Position numbers and translations under genes: made by a program
Shown: one piece after another, positions 21,720 through 36,300 of the stretch
Position numbering within the stretch: position 1 is the first letter of the stretch
Layout of the letters: each line of letters opens with the position of its first letter
NCBI GenBank assembly: GCA_964019335.1
Contig: OZ025671.1
Location: 310,001-374,000 of the forward strand
Source: Diplonema japonicum
Taxonomy: Eukaryota > Protista > Euglenozoa: Diplonemea
Reading direction: 5' to 3'
Length of the DNA: 64,000 bases
The notes under the pieces: model-generated
The model's input: only the letters and a program-made list of their open reading frames with translations
The model's database searches: none
Told to the model about the DNA's origin: nothing

Positions 21720-22529
21720 TTAGATGTTTCTTGTGGTGACCTCCTGTGGGGGGTGGAACCCGGCGTCCCCCATGCAACGGACATAAGTGTTGCCAGAGGG
21801 TGAAATCTTTACGTGTGTGACGGAGCAGTGCGGGATGGAAAGGCGGGTCCAGGCCTCTGGGGGAAGCTGCAGCGCACGCAGGGTCCAGTAGCGAATAACA
21901 TTCGCATGTGTCACAACAACCACCACCTCATTACGGGTAGAGGACTCAGGGCGCCTGAACACCCGCTCATAGGCCGCCTCTGCTTGACGGTAGGCAGTAT
22001 TGAACTCCTCGACTGACTTCGTATTCGTCCTGTCGTTGGCTGGGCAAGGGAAACACTCCCTTAGGTCGTTGTCGAAGGTGGGCTCCAAACCAAGAATATC
22101 AATAAAGGGCTCGGCTGTCTGCCTTGTCCGTTTAGAGCTGCTCACCAACAGGCTTGTGGGGTACTCTGATAGGGAACTGCCAAGATGCAGCTTTGCTACC
22201 CTGTGCGCTGCCGTTATAGCTTGCTTCCTTCCAAGATCGTTTAGCTCCCCGTCAGCCATGGTGTACTGCCCGTGGCGGATCATGATGATGCTTCTGCTGC
22301 TTCTCTCTTCTTGTTCTTCACCAGCGTCCTTCCCGAGGAGGTCTGTTCTTGCCCTGTGGTGTTTATCCCATGTTCTGTCGAACTTCTCCAGACCCCATGT
22401 TCCACAAGGCCCATTGCCAATACCATTGGCAGCAGCACCGGTTGATAAAGCCCCTTCAGCGTGGGCTGCTGAAGCGGCCCCAAACCCTGCCAGCACGCCC
22501 AACCCTCCTTGCAGCAGTCTGCTTGACAT
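21720..22529 (-). CDS. PGAM5: PGAM5-like histidine phosphatase
   Basis: FDRTWDK, IIMIRHGQY, RTRQTA, VTHANVIRY...RALQLPPEAW.RLS..HCS, MGDAGF. True start is MSSRLL; the longer ORF upstream is homopolymer read-through. Confidence 0.9.
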   Translation of the reverse strand: MSSRLLQGGLGVLAGFGAASAAHAEGALSTGAAANGIGNGPCGTWGLEKFDRTWDKHHRARTDLLGKDAGEEQEERSSRSIIMIRHGQYTMADGELNDLGRKQAITAAHRVAKLHLGSSLSEYPTSLLVSSSKRTRQTAEPFIDILGLEPTFDNDLRECFPCPANDRTNTKSVEEFNTAYRQAEAAYERVFRRPESSTRNEVVVVVTHANVIRYWTLRALQLPPEAWTRLSIPHCSVTHVKISPSGNTYVRCMGDAGFHPPQEVTTRNI

Positions 22530-24353
22530 GTTGAGGGTATTTTCTTTTTTATTTATTTTTTTTTTTTGTGTTTGCAAGAAAAAAAATGAGAAGGGGGGGT
22601 AATCAAGGAGAATTGAGGGGGGGGGGAGGGGCAACAAAAAACTTTTTTTTGGATTACCAGCATCTAAAATTATACAAAAAAAAGGGGGGATGTGAAATGT
22701 TCCTATTTTTCTTTTTTTTTTTGTATTCTTTTTTTTTTTTGTTCCCAAGAATACAAAAAAAAATGGGGGAAAGAGGTCAATGAAGGCAGAAGGGGCGAAA
22801 TGGGAAAAGAAGGGGAGGGGGGGGACCTTTTTTTTGAAGGAATAAAGCGGATAATAAATAAAGGCTTTCCTTCCGTCAAAGCTACATTTTTTTTTTTTTT
22901 TGCCATTTATTAAAAGTTCGTATGGCAAGAACACGGATAAGGGTGTGTGCTTAAACTTTTTCTTTTTTTTTTTTGCTACTCTAAATGGCAAATTTTGCCC
23001 TTTCTTTGTTTTTATCTTCATTTCGTTTTTTTTTTGGGGGCCCCACCCAAAGGAAAAAAGGGGGGGGGGGGAAGAATCCTAAACTAACACAGATGGAGGA
23101 GAAGTTGTAAAGAGGAACACGAAAGGGGAGGTAAAAAAAAAAAAAGCTGTGAGACGTGCCCATTTTCTTCTTTTTCTTCTTTTTCGTATCTCCTTCTAAA
23201 TAAAAAAAAATCTTTAAAAAAAAAAGAAGAAACTTTTCATTGAAGAAAACAAAAAAAAAAGGCTTCAAAAAAAAAATAAGGCTATAAGACTACAACTCAT
23301 TTAAAATTTATTTGTACCCCCCCCTTTCTTTTTGTCGTTTTCTACACTAACTCTAGGGGTCTCATTATTGCAAGCCGTTCAATTTCTTTTGTGACGTCAA
23401 TGCAAAAAAAGATTTTTTTTTCCCCCTCCGAGTCAGCGTATCAAATGAACAAAAGGGCGGTATATGACTACTTACCCACCACCAATTGAGCCATTTCCTT
23501 GTTGGTAAGAAAGTTAGTTTTTTTTTGACAAAGAGAACCCCCCCCCGTTTAAAAAGGGTCCCAAGTACCCAAACTGGCACCGAAAAAAAAGAAGTTTCTT
23601 TTAATTAGAAATGGGATGGAAGGGAAAATGGGGGGGGGGGGGGGGGGAAAGCAAAGAAAGAAAAAATAAATTCACTGCGGTTAAAGAAAAAAACACACAA
23701 AAACCGGAGACGAGCACAGGGAGGGCTGCCTTCTTATCTATTTCTTTTTTTTTTTTTTCTTTTTGAATTAAATTTTATACGTATCGCTGTTGGCACTGCC
23801 TCTCATCCCCCGTATACACAACACGCAGAGAGGGAATGATAAGAGAGACTGAAAGGTGGAGTGGGGAAGAAGAAAGGACAACAGACCCTTGTAGTGAGAT
23901 CGCCTGTTCCTCTTGCTGCTTCTTTTCCCCTTTTTTTTCTTTTTTGTTTTTGCTCTTTTTCTTTTCCTCCATGAGATTTTCTAGTTCATTATTATAACTT
24001 CTATTGACAACCTTTCTTCTTTTTTTTTTTTTTTTTTTTTTTTTTCCTTTTTTTTTTTCCCGCTCCTGGGGGGATATAAGAAGAGAAAAAAAAATGCTTG
24101 CTAGTTTAAAAAAGAAGAAAAAAAAAAGAAAAAAAAGGGGGGGGGAAAGGGAAAAAAAAACACACATGGTAACACACCAACATCCATCCTTTCTCGTTTT
24201 TTTTTTTTTTAATCATCCCTTTTCATCTTTTTTTTTCCTCCTCTTCCACAAAAAAAAATGTGTATGTAAAAAAAAAAAGTAAAAAAAAAAAGGGGGTGGG
24301 AAAGAAAATTAAAACCCCCTTTTTTTTTTCCTTCTTTTAGTATTCCTCCCTTT

Positions 24354-27300
24354 CTAGACAGGAAGACGCCTGAGGTCGGCACTAGACTGGCGCGGAGGAC
24401 GGTATGTCCAGTTTCCTGACTTAACCTCCTTCGATGAAGGCGCAAAGGGGTCATAAGTAGTGGACAACGGCGGTTGATAAGACTGGTCAGGCAGCGGTGG
24501 TAAGATAGACTTATGCGGCGTTGGCGCTAGTGGGTTAAAAGGGTCGTCGATAGGCTCAGGCGATGCCTTTCGAGGGGGCGGGCTTTCTGGCACCTGAGGT
24601 AGAGGGGCAAGCTTGGGCTCTTCGTAAATTGTGACCTCCTTCTGAGGCGTCTGAGGGGGTTCTTGGATCAACGGCTCCGCTGCTACCGGCGGCTTGTTAT
24701 TCTTGTTCGACCCGCTCTTCGACAGCAAAATGCACAGAATCAATAAGCACAGTAGCAAGCCAGCCACTCCTAAGATGATGGCCCACAAGGGGACGCCACT
24801 GTCGTCGTCGTCGCTGGAAGGCGTGGCGCCAGGTGTGTTGGCTGCTGCTGACCTGCACACGTTGTTCTCGTAGAGACACCCGCTTTTTCCTTCGCAGATT
24901 GTCTTCTCTTGCAGTGCTGTGCACGCTGTCGCCACCACGTCCACTCCCGTCAGAGACGTTCCGGCACACGGCGGTACATTGCTAGCACACGTTTTCGATT
25001 TGTCTAAAAAGCTTGTCCGTAATGCGTCCGTCGGTAGGATTAACCGCATCTTGCCTGCCGCCGCGCCGTTTGTGGTGGCGACCACCTGCCCACGGGCCAC
25101 ACCTAGCATCGCTGCGATCTCGTCCGAGACCTGCGTCTCGTTCGTTCCCGTCACATTGATGAAGATGTCCTTTTCATTGGCAGGTGCCGCACACACTGCT
25201 TCTCCCGCCACTGCTTGTCCTGTCTTTGGTGCCGTGCAGGTGCATCTCCAATCCCCAAATGACTCGCTCGGATCATTACACGTCTGCACGCCCCTCACAG
25301 CGTTGCTGCAAACGGTGTTCCCCACCGAAGTGCACTCGTTGTTGCTGGGTGCCGTGCAGGAGACATCGTCGTCGCCGTCCGTGCAAGACCCATCGGCGTC
25401 GCTGCAGCATGCCTGTTGATGTGCTTGCTAAATTAATTCTATGTGTTTGCATACCGTTTCTGTGGGGCTTGCACAGGTTACACCAAAGGTGCACCCATAC
25501 GTATTCACGGCACCGCAAATGCGTGTCTTCGTGCCAGCTGCAGGGCATGCTGTGTATGGCGCGCATGCGACTTTGTCATCACCATCGTCACACTTGCCGT
25601 CGGGGTCCGAGCAGCAAGGGGTCATGCCCCTCTCGCACGTCACGGTCAACGGGCACCCGTATTGTGAGTTGGAACCACACGCGTGGTTCAAGGTGGCTGC
25701 ACTGCTGCATTTCGCAGGATAGACTGTCCCATCTGGGTAGGCCACCAGATCGATGGGCTCCCCTACGCTGTTCCATGTCACGTTGGGAGGCTGGGTGTTG
25801 ATGGAGGACTTGCCCTGCGACATCAGTGCCGATGCGTGTGCAGTGGGGTCACGAATGGTGCCGTCGGGGTTGTTGCTGGACTGGGTCGCGACACCTACCA
25901 CCCGCGAGGTCCCGTTCACGCTTAGCACAATAGCCGCTTCGGTGATAGAACCGCGAGGCAGACCCAGCGCATTCGCTAGCGCAACTGCCGCCGCTTCCAG
26001 GTTGAGCGGCTGGCCCCGTACATCAACAGCTACCTTCGTCTTTAGAGGCGTGCCAGGGGTGCAGCATTCTGTAGGGCTGCACCCACCCGATGGGCACACC
26101 TTCGTTGGGTGAACCTCACGTGTGCTGCACTGTGTGACGTCAGCCTCTGACGCACAAGTGCCGCAGCACGTTGCTGTGTCACAACCCGCCACAGGGCACA
26201 GGGTAGTTGCAGCGTCGGCTCGAAGAGAACACGCAGTGACAGCAAAAGTATTGCAGGTCGCCCTCCTGCAGCAGATGTCGGCAGTGCACCTGTGTTATTG
26301 TGTTGTGTTGTCAAAGAGCAAAGCATACCCTGTCCACGCGGGGCAGAGGGTGGCATTGGGGTTGATGATCAGCGTGCAGGTTCCTGTGTAGGTGCCGCAG
26401 GCTTTAGGGATCGCGCCTTCACACTTCCCGTTAGCGCACCTGTCCTCCTTTGTGAGGGGATTCAAGTCGTCGCAGAGTGTCCCGTCCAGCCTCTTCGTGG
26501 ACGAACAGATCCCTGTCTGCACATCGCACACGCCGACACTTGTCACACAAGGCCCCGAAGGGCAGATCACTCCAGAGCATTTCGGGGTTCCTTTGCAGAG
26601 ACCGTTCCTATTAGTTGTGAAAGTTAATTGTATAACATACATGCAAATGTCCTTCGTGGTTGTGGTCAATCCGTCGTCACATGCCGTGCCGTCGGGCTTC
26701 ACTGGGTTCGTGCATTTTCCGGTTGCCACCTCGCAGTCGCCGGAGTAGTGGCACTGGTCCATCGCTTGGCAGACAACGCCAGCGCACGGGTCCGTTCCCA
26801 CACATGCACCATTCAGACACACGTCGTTGAGAGTAGACATTTGGCCGTCGTTGCAAACAATGCCGTCAGGTCTGGGGATCTCGATGCACTGCCCTGCGCT
26901 GCACGATGACTTCATGCACCCAGGATTGTTGGGACGGCACGTCCTCGCACCACACTGCACGACTCCACTGCACACACCGCCTGCACACTTGTCATCAGTT
27001 GTGGTCACATCCATGTCGTTGCAGAGGCTGTTGTCAATCTTCTTGGGGTCTGTGCACAGTCCCGTTGCGGGGTCACATGACCCTGGGTCGTGGCATGAAT
27101 CCGATGCCTTGCAAATGACACCAGCACACTTGTCCCTACCTACGCACACGCCAAGGATACACTCGTCGCCCACTGTCTGCGGATTCCCATCATCGCATAT
27201 CAAACCGTCAGTCTGGATAGGGTTGCTGCACTCGCCTGTGATCTCGTTGCAAGCTCCCACGCTGTGGCATTGATCTTGCGCCACACAAACAACGGACGCA

Positions 27301-30300
27301 CACTTTTTGTTACCCGTGCACAACCCACTGAGACAGACGTCGTTTGTTGTCCCCGGATTGGCGTCGTTGCATGTGGTGCCGTCAGGCTTGTTGGACTGGA
27401 TGCATTGGTCAGCTGCGCAGGTGGGCATCATGCACATGGGCTGCTGCGCGGTGCAGCCGGACACCCCACGGCAAGTGACTGTCCCAGTACAAGCACCAGT
27501 GTTGCATCTGTCATCAGTCGTGTCGGGGTTGCCATCATCACATCTGGACCCACCAGGCTTCACGGGGTCAGAGCAGAGCCCAGTGCTGGGGTTGCACGCA
27601 CCTATGCTGTGGCATTCGTCGCTTGCAGTGCACACCACCCCACGGCACTTGTCGACGCCAATGCATACCCCTTTCGAGCATGCGTCGTCCACAGTGTTGG
27701 GGTTGTTGTCATTGCAGGGCGTCGTGTCTGGCTTAATGGGGCTCGTGCACCTACCAGTGGAAGGGTCGCAAACTCCAGTCGAATGGCAAGACGAACGAGG
27801 CACACAAATGACACCTGTGCACTTGTTGACACTCGTGCAAGTACCGCCTATGCACTTGTCGCTGAATGTTGCAGGGTTGTTGTCATTACAGGGGGTGTTG
27901 TCGGGGCGGGCAATCTCAGAGCACTTGTTGGATACACAAGTGGCGACCATGCACGCGCTGGAAGCGGTACACTGACTGCCGCCGCAGTCGATGGAACCCA
28001 CGCACATCCCGTTGACACACCTGTCGTTTGCAGTGCTTGGGTCCCCGTCGTCGCATGCTTCGCCCGACGGCTTAGGGGGCTCGCTGCAGAGCCCCGTGAA
28101 TGGGTCGCAAATGCCAGGATCGTGACAGTTGTCGGTTGCAACACAGGCAACATTAGCACACTTTGCCACACCAGCACAGCTTCCAGAGAAGCATTGGTCG
28201 TTCGTTGTCTGGCTGTTCTGGTCATCACAACCTGTCCCATCGGGCAACGGAACCGAGCTGCAGAGACCAATCCTCGGGTCACAGACACCGATCTCATGGC
28301 ATTGCGACGCGGCTGTGCAAGCTACGCCGGCGCACGGATTTGTCCCTTTGCACACCCCACCGGTGCACCTGTCGAACATTGTGGTAGCGTCATTGTCGTT
28401 GCAAATAGTGCCATCAGGAAGGGCCTGTTCATCACACGTGTTTGCTGAGCAGACGGACGTGCGACAAGGCGAGGTGGATCTACACCTGTTTGTACCACAG
28501 AGAAGGGTCCCGTAGCACGTGCCTGTGGCACAACGGTCATCTATGGTCTTTGCGTCGCCGTCATTGCAAGCAATGCCTTCGGGCTGCGAAATGGGGTCGG
28601 AGCAGATGCCTGTTGTCGGGTCGCACGTGCCACGGTCGTGGCATTGATCGCTTGTGCCGCACACGACTCCACTGCACTTGTCTTTTCCAGAGCAGATACC
28701 ATTCATGCAGACGTCGTCCACTGTGCTTGAACTACCATCGTTACAAGGCGATCTGTTCGACTTCAGTGGGTTGGTGCACCTTCCAGTGAGGGGCTCACAC
28801 ACACCCGCGTCATGACATTGTGAGATGGCAGTACACGCGACACCTCTGCAAGGATCGGTCCCCGTGCAGACACCACCAGCGCACTTGTCGTCAATTGTTA
28901 GAGCGTTTTTGTCATCGCATGCAGTGCCGTCCTGCTTGAGCGTCTCGACGCACCTGTTGTTAACGCACGAAGTGGTGGCACATTGCGGGTTGCTGTTGGA
29001 GCAGAGTACGTTTCCGCAGACAAGCGTGCCTTGGCAGATGCCTGCTGCACATTGGTCATTTGTTGTGGCAGCATTTCCATCTTCACATGACGTGCCTGTT
29101 GCCTTCACTGGCTCAGAGCATCTCCCTGTGGTCATGTCACACACACCTGAAGTGTGACACGAACTACGCGGAGAGCATGCTACCCCGTTACATTTCTGCT
29201 GACCCACACACCTACCATTCGCACACGCGTCATTATACGTTCTCGAATCACCATCATCACACTGAGTGCCATCCTGCTTGGCAGCGTAGGTGCACTTTCC
29301 GGTACCAGGATCGCAAGTGCCGGTGTTCTGGCACTGTGTTTCGGGACAATTCTTGTTTGCGCACATAGAGGTACCTCTGCATACGCCACCGAAGCATGCG
29401 TCGTTGAGCGTGAGCACATCACCGTCATTGCACTTCGTACCATCAGCTTTGGGTGCCTGGATACACTGTGAGCCAGTGCACGTAGCCACCTTACACTGGG
29501 GACCAGTAGTGCTGCAGGGAACACCTGCACATATCCCCTGGCCCCAGCATTGGCCCCCGGCACAAGACTCACCCTGAGTAAGTGGGTTGCCATCGTCGCA
29601 GGATGTCCCGTCGGGCCTGAGGGGGTCAGAACAAAGACCCGTGTTGGGATCACACACTCCTGCGGTATGGCAGCCATCACTTGCTGTGCACACTACACCA
29701 GCACAACGCTGAGTTCCAACACAAACACCAGCCTTGCACTGGTCGTCCTGCGTGTCTAGGATGCGGTCGTCGCACAGAGTGCCATCAGGCTTGACGGGGT
29801 TGCTGCACTGTCCTGTTGACGGGTCGCAGGTGCCAACTTCGTGACACTCAGACTGTGCCACACAGGGTGATTGTCCAACGCACTTGTCGCTGCTTACACA
29901 TACTCCGCCGAAGCATTCAGACGTCATTGTGAGCGGGTTCCCGTCGTCGCACGAAGTGCCGTCCGCCTTGATGGGCGTCGAGCAGATTCCTGTGCTGGGC
30001 TCGCATGTCCCCACGTGGTGACAGTTACTGAGGGCAGAGCATATAACCAGTGCACATTTCTGAACACCTGTGCAGACGCCACTCTTACACACATCGTCGA
30101 AGGTGAGCCCTTTGCCGTCGTCACAGGGCGTGTTCTCAGGCTTGGACAGCTCAACACACTGGTTTGCGTTACACGCAGGGGTGTTGCATTGGGCATCGGC
30201 TACCCTACACATCTGGCCCACACACGCAACAGAGCCCGTGCATACACCACCCGTGCACTTGTCGTCCACAGTATTGGCGCTGCCATCGTTGCAAGGTGTA

Positions 30301-33300
30301 TTGTCAGTGACTGCTGCATAAGTGCAAGTTCCAGTGTTAGTGTCGCACACGCCGGCAGCTCGGCAATCTGTTCCACCACCACAAACAACACCAGAACACC
30401 TGCTCTTACCTCTGCAGACGCCGCTCGTACACACGTCACTGATGGTTGTGGGGTCCTTGTCATCACACTGAACGCCGTCGGATTTCGGGTTCGACACACA
30501 TTGCCCGGTAGTAGGGTCGCACGTGCCAGCCTCGTTACACATCCCTGCAGGGCAGGCAACGTTGTCGCACTTGCTAATACCTTTGCAAACTCCTGCCTTG
30601 CACACGTCGTTCGAAGTGGCGCCATCCCCATCGTTGCACACGGTTCCATCTGGCTTTGCGAGCTCCACGCACTGTCCGTTGTCACAAGCGGCGACATTGC
30701 ACTGGGCGTTTGAAACAGGACACGGAGAGCTTTGCGAGTTACACACGGTAGTACCCAGGCACACACCTTGTCTGCACTGGTCATTGATGGAGAAGTCATT
30801 GCCGTCGTCACACGCTACACCGTTTGAACGAATGGGGTCAGAGCAGAGGCCAGATAAGAAGTCGCAGAGACCTACTGTGTGGCACATATCGGAAGCTGTA
30901 CACGTCACCCCAGCGCACTTGTTGACACCGATACAGACTCCTGCCTTGCAGGTGTCACCCGTAGTGGTCTGGTCGCCATCATTGCACTGCGAGCCGTCTG
31001 GTTTTAGGACTGCAGTGCACACACCACTCGCAGGTTCGCAGGTTCCCGGCATGATGCACGGGTTCGTGCTGTTTGTAGCGCACGTGACGCCAAGGCATTT
31101 GTCTCGCCCCGCGCACACGCCATTCGTGCACATGTCGTTGAAGGTGTTGGGGTTCTTGTCGTTACACGGTGTGCCGTTTGGCTTCATTGTTTGGCTGCAT
31201 GCGGCCCCATTACACGTCGCAAAGTTGCATTCAGGGGATGCAGCCGTGCAAGTTTGGCTGTTACAGGTCACGGTGCCTGTGCATGTCCCGCTGGTGCATG
31301 TGTCGCTTAACGTCAAAGGGTTCCCGTCATTGCACGGCGTGCCTTGGGCCTTGGCAGGGTCTGAACAAAGACCGGAACTGGCGTCACAAACGCCTACTTC
31401 ATGGCAGGAGTCCGAAGCGGTACAGATGACACCTTCGCAACGTCCCTTCCCCCTGCAGACACCGTTGCTGCACACGTCGTTGGTGGTTGATGACAAGCTG
31501 TCGTCGCAGACACTGCCGTCGGTCACTGTAGGGTTCGTACACTGGCCTGTAAGGGGGTCGCAGGTGCCGACATTATAACACTGACCTTTACGGACACAAG
31601 CGACATTAGCACAATTGTCCACACCTGTGCACACACCTGCGACACACTTGTCACCTACGGTGTTTGCATTGCCATCGTTGCAAGGCGTATTCTCCTGCTT
31701 GAGAATCTCTTGGCACTGGTTGTTTGTGCAAGTCGCAGTGTAGCACTGCGGCTCAGTTACAGCACACTGCACACCATTGCATGTAACAGTTCCTGTACAG
31801 ATACCCTGCATGCACACGTCGTTGACGGTTGCGCCGTCACCGTCATTGCAGGAAGAGCCATCAGGGAGCGGCTGACTGGTGCACTGGCCTGTTACAGGGT
31901 CACATGAGGAGGAACCTTTGCAAATCTGCGTACTACACACCACACCAGCACACTTGTCGACCCCCACACAGATGCCCTTCATGCACTTGTCATCCACTGT
32001 TGGGGTGATCCCATCGTTGCAGGTGGAACCATCCGCTTTCGTAGGTGTAGTGCACACCCCTGTAAGCGGGTGACAGTCACCAATGTCACGGCACTGCGAT
32101 GCTGCCACGCACACGATCCCAGCACAGCGGTTAGTGCCCACACACACGCCGTTCTGGCACTTGTCATCGAGAGTTTCCGGTAACCCGTCATCGCAGAAGG
32201 AGTTGTCGGGTTTCGCAATCTCCGTGCAGATGTTTCCATTGCACGCCGCACGCATACATTGCGGCTCAGAAGGAACACAGGTAATTCCAGCACATGAAAT
32301 AGTACCAAGGCACGCTCCTGAAACGCATTTGTCGTCGGCTGTCTGCTGGTTTCCATCATTGCACACGGCGCCATCAGGCTTTGACGGGCTTGAGCATAGC
32401 CCTGTGAGGGGGTTGCACGTTCCTGCCTCGTGGCACTGGTCGGAAGCCATACACGTAACGCGGTCGCACACAGGGGACCCAACACACGTACCACCAATGC
32501 AACGGTCGCTGACTGTATTCAGTTGGCCATCGTCACAAGGAGTACCATCGGATTCAGTTGGACCAACCTGGCTGCACAGTCCGGTAGCAACATCACACTT
32601 GCTCACACCTCTACAAGGATTCGTGACTGGGCACTGGACATTGGCGCACAACGCAGTCCCAACACACATTCCTTGGACACACTTGTCGCCGGTGGTTTCA
32701 GCGTTGTTGTCATTGCACGTTGTCCCGTCAGATTTCATGACTTCAGCGCATCTGTTGGCGGCACAATACGATCTTCTGCATTGCGGTTCAGTAGCGGTGC
32801 AAGTAATGCCTCCGCATTGTGTCGTGCCTGTGCAGATGCCTGACTGGCAGCTGTCATCAGTCGTATCGTCGTCACCATCATCACACGTCGTGCCATCCCT
32901 CAGGAGCGGGTCGGAGCAGAGACCTGTAGACGGGTTGCAAGTACCCGTACCGTGGCATGCATCCGACGCAGGGCAAGTCACACCAGAGCACTTCGACGTC
33001 CCGACGCAAACGCCTGATATACAAACGTCGTTGCGCGTGTCGTCCTTTCCGTCGTTACATGGCGTGTTGTCTGGCTTAACCGGAGTGGAGCACCTCCCCG
33101 TTGCGACGTCGCACTCACCAGGGATGTGGCACTGGTCAGCCGTGCAAACAGCACCATCACAAAGAAGACGGCCTGCACACCTTCCAGCTACGCACTTGTC
33201 GTCAAACGTCTCAGTAAAACCGTCATTGCACTGTGTGTTGTCAGGGAGCCCTATTTCAGTACAGGCGCCTCCATCTCCACATCGCGCGATGTGGCACTGA

Positions 33301-36300
33301 GGCTCGCTTGCTGTACACGGTGCGCAAGGAAGCGTCCCGACGCACGCCCCAGCACCGTCGCACCTGTCGTTCGTTGTCGAGCTGTCACCATCGTTGCACG
33401 AAGTGCCTGTAGCGATGGGAGGGTCGGTACAGAGCCCAGTAGCTGAGTCGCACACGCCCGCCGTGTGACACTGTGTTGATGCCCTGCAAATGATTCCAAG
33501 ACACTTGTCCTTACCAATGCATTCACCTTTGTAACACATGTCATCACGGGTCCTGAGGTTGTTGTCATCGCACGGTGTTCCGTCCACAAGGAGCGGCGTC
33601 GAGCACAGCCCGCTCGAGGGGCTGCAAGTACCAACCGCATGACATTGGGTTCTTGCTGTACACACCGTGTTTTTGCACAACTCAACACCTACGCATTTAC
33701 CTGACAAACAGCGGTCGTTGGTGGTCATTATGATTCCATCGTCGCAAGGTGTCCCGTCGAGCTTCGGGAGGTCGATGCATTTCAGCGGCTGATTGCCCGT
33801 GCCTCCTTGCACGCCACACCCAGAGGTATGGCATTGAGGTTCTGAGGGAGTGCAAGTTCCACCCACGCATTGAACAGTTCCAGCACACGCACCATTGCGG
33901 CACGTGTCATCAATAGTTTCTGGAAGTCCGTCGTTACACACGGTACCAGTCACCTTGATGGGCTCTGTGCAAAGACCTGTTGTTGGGTCACAGCTTCCCA
34001 CATCGTGACAACTAGATTTTGCTGTGCACACAACACCATTGCATTTGTTCTGTCCTCTGCATAACCCCGCAGCATCGCATGTGTCATTCACTGTTGCAGC
34101 ATTCCCGTCATCGCAGGGAGACCCACCCAGCTTCAGGGGCGTAGTGCAAAGACCTGAAGTTGAGCCGCACGCCCCTGCCTCGTGACATTGCGAGAGGGGC
34201 GAGCAGAAGACCCCAAAACAGATATCAGGCTTGCAGCACGTTGATGTGTCACAGCCCCTGAAGCCGCAGTAGGCCGTCCTGTAGTCCGACCTCAGCAGTC
34301 GAGTCGGACATTGTGTGGCGTTGAATGAGGCGCATGTGTTGCAGCACGTCACGTCATCACACCCGGCAGCAGGGCACTGCACGAAAGCAGCGTCAGATAC
34401 CAATTGGCAGGAGCCTGTATGTTGGGTACACACAACTGCCCCAGGAGGAGGTGTTACAATCAGGCAGCACGTCTGAGAGTCGCAGCCTGAGGGGGGACAC
34501 CTTGTCGTTGCAGCATTGGCAATAAGCTGCTTGCTGCGGCAGGCCGCAGAGCTGAAGGTAGAGCACACGCGGCAGCAAGTCGCTTCATCACAACCCGCCG
34601 CTGGGCACAAAACAGACGCGGCATCTGCTCTGAGGGTGCACACCAGCGATGAGAAGGTGCTGCACACAGGAGGCCTGTTGGGGTCGTCATCGATGTTAGC
34701 CACTGTCACATCAGCCGGGTTGATGAGGGCATAGGCAGTGTCAGTGGTCATGGGGTTCCCTAGCTGCACAATGAATGAAATGTCGCCGTCGTCGATGGTG
34801 TCGTCAACTCCCGTCACAGTCACGCGTTGCTCGATGTTCCAATTGGCAGCCGAGAACGACAGGGATGCTGGAGAAACCGTCCCCTCCGTCGTATCCGTGC
34901 TGGACACGGGGATAGTGACGATCGAAGTGGGCGGCGAGAGTAGCACGACTGTGAAGTCAGCAGTGTTACCCCACTCCGTGACGGTGATCACAAGTGGGCT
35001 AACTTGAACGCCAGGTACCTCATTATCCATGTTAACAACTTGGACAGTCACAGCTGCGATGTTGTTATAAAACGGATCCGTGCTGCCTGTAGGCGTTACG
35101 GTGACACCATAGGTGATGTCACCGTCGCGCTGCACGTCGTCGACACCGGTGATGGTTATCATCTGTCTGAAGTTCCAGTTGTTAGGTGTGAAGATGAGCG
35201 ATGCAAGATCTAGTGTGCCTTCGCTCAAGTCAGTGGACGCAACGCTGAAGCTGGCGTTGGCAGTAGGTTTTGTGTTTAAGACTACGGTGAATGTGGTGGT
35301 AGAGCCGTCCTCAGAAGTGGTCAACCCGGTGGATGGAGACAACGTGATTCCTGCCGTGTCATCGTCGGTGTTGGTCACGGAAACTGTCACTGGCGTGACT
35401 GAGTTGTAGCTCGTGTCCGTGCTCGATGCAGGTCCCACTTGCACACCATAAATGATATTGCCATCCTGAAGCAGGTCCTGGACACCTGTCACAGTGACAA
35501 TCTGGGTGATGTTCCATGTGGCGGGGGTGAAAGTCAAGGAGTTGGAGTTCACCGTGCCTTCCATTACATTACTCGACGTGATGGCTACTGTCGTAACTGC
35601 CACTGGTTCCGAGCTCAGGGCCACTGTGAACGTTGCAGTGCCACCCGGTTCAGAGGTGACCAACCCAGAAAGGGGTGTTACGAGCAGCCCTGCTGCATCA
35701 TTATCTGCGACTGTTATAACCACATCGTCAGGGTTCATTGCAGAGTATTTGGCGTCGAGAGAAGTGACCTGCCCCACGACGGCAACAACTGTCTTATCAC
35801 CATCTGCCACCATGTCGTCGACAGCAGTGACGGTAACTTGCTGTGGCGTTTGCCAGTTCGCAGGGGTGAAGGTCAGCACAGGCGGTGCTATGCCGATCTG
35901 GTCGACTGAAACGGTCGACAGCGGCACGTTCACGTTCGCCGTGGGCTCGGACGACAGCGACACAAAGAACGTCGCAGAGGTTGCTCCCTGTTCTTTAACA
36001 GCAAGTCCTGTGAGCGGTGCCACCGTAATCTTCGCTGTGTCGTCATCTCTGTTAGTAGCGTTCACCGTCCTGCCAACAAGACCGTTAAAAGGTACATCTG
36101 TACTAGTTGCAGGGCCGACAGTGATCTCGTAGATCACATCACCGTCGTCAACAGCGTCATCGACGCCTGTCACGGTTACGGTTTGGGGGACATTCCAGTT
36201 CACGGCGTTGAACGTTAGGCTTGGGACGTTGGTGGTGCCCTCTGTGGTGTCAGAAGAAGCGACAGGGATAGTGACCGGGTTGACGGGCCGAGTGCCCAAA

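Noticed and set aside
20940-24350. K/F-rich ORFs in spacers, including the N-terminal 164 aa of ORF 21720-23021
   Set aside because: Translations of poly-A/poly-T tracts, not protein-like.
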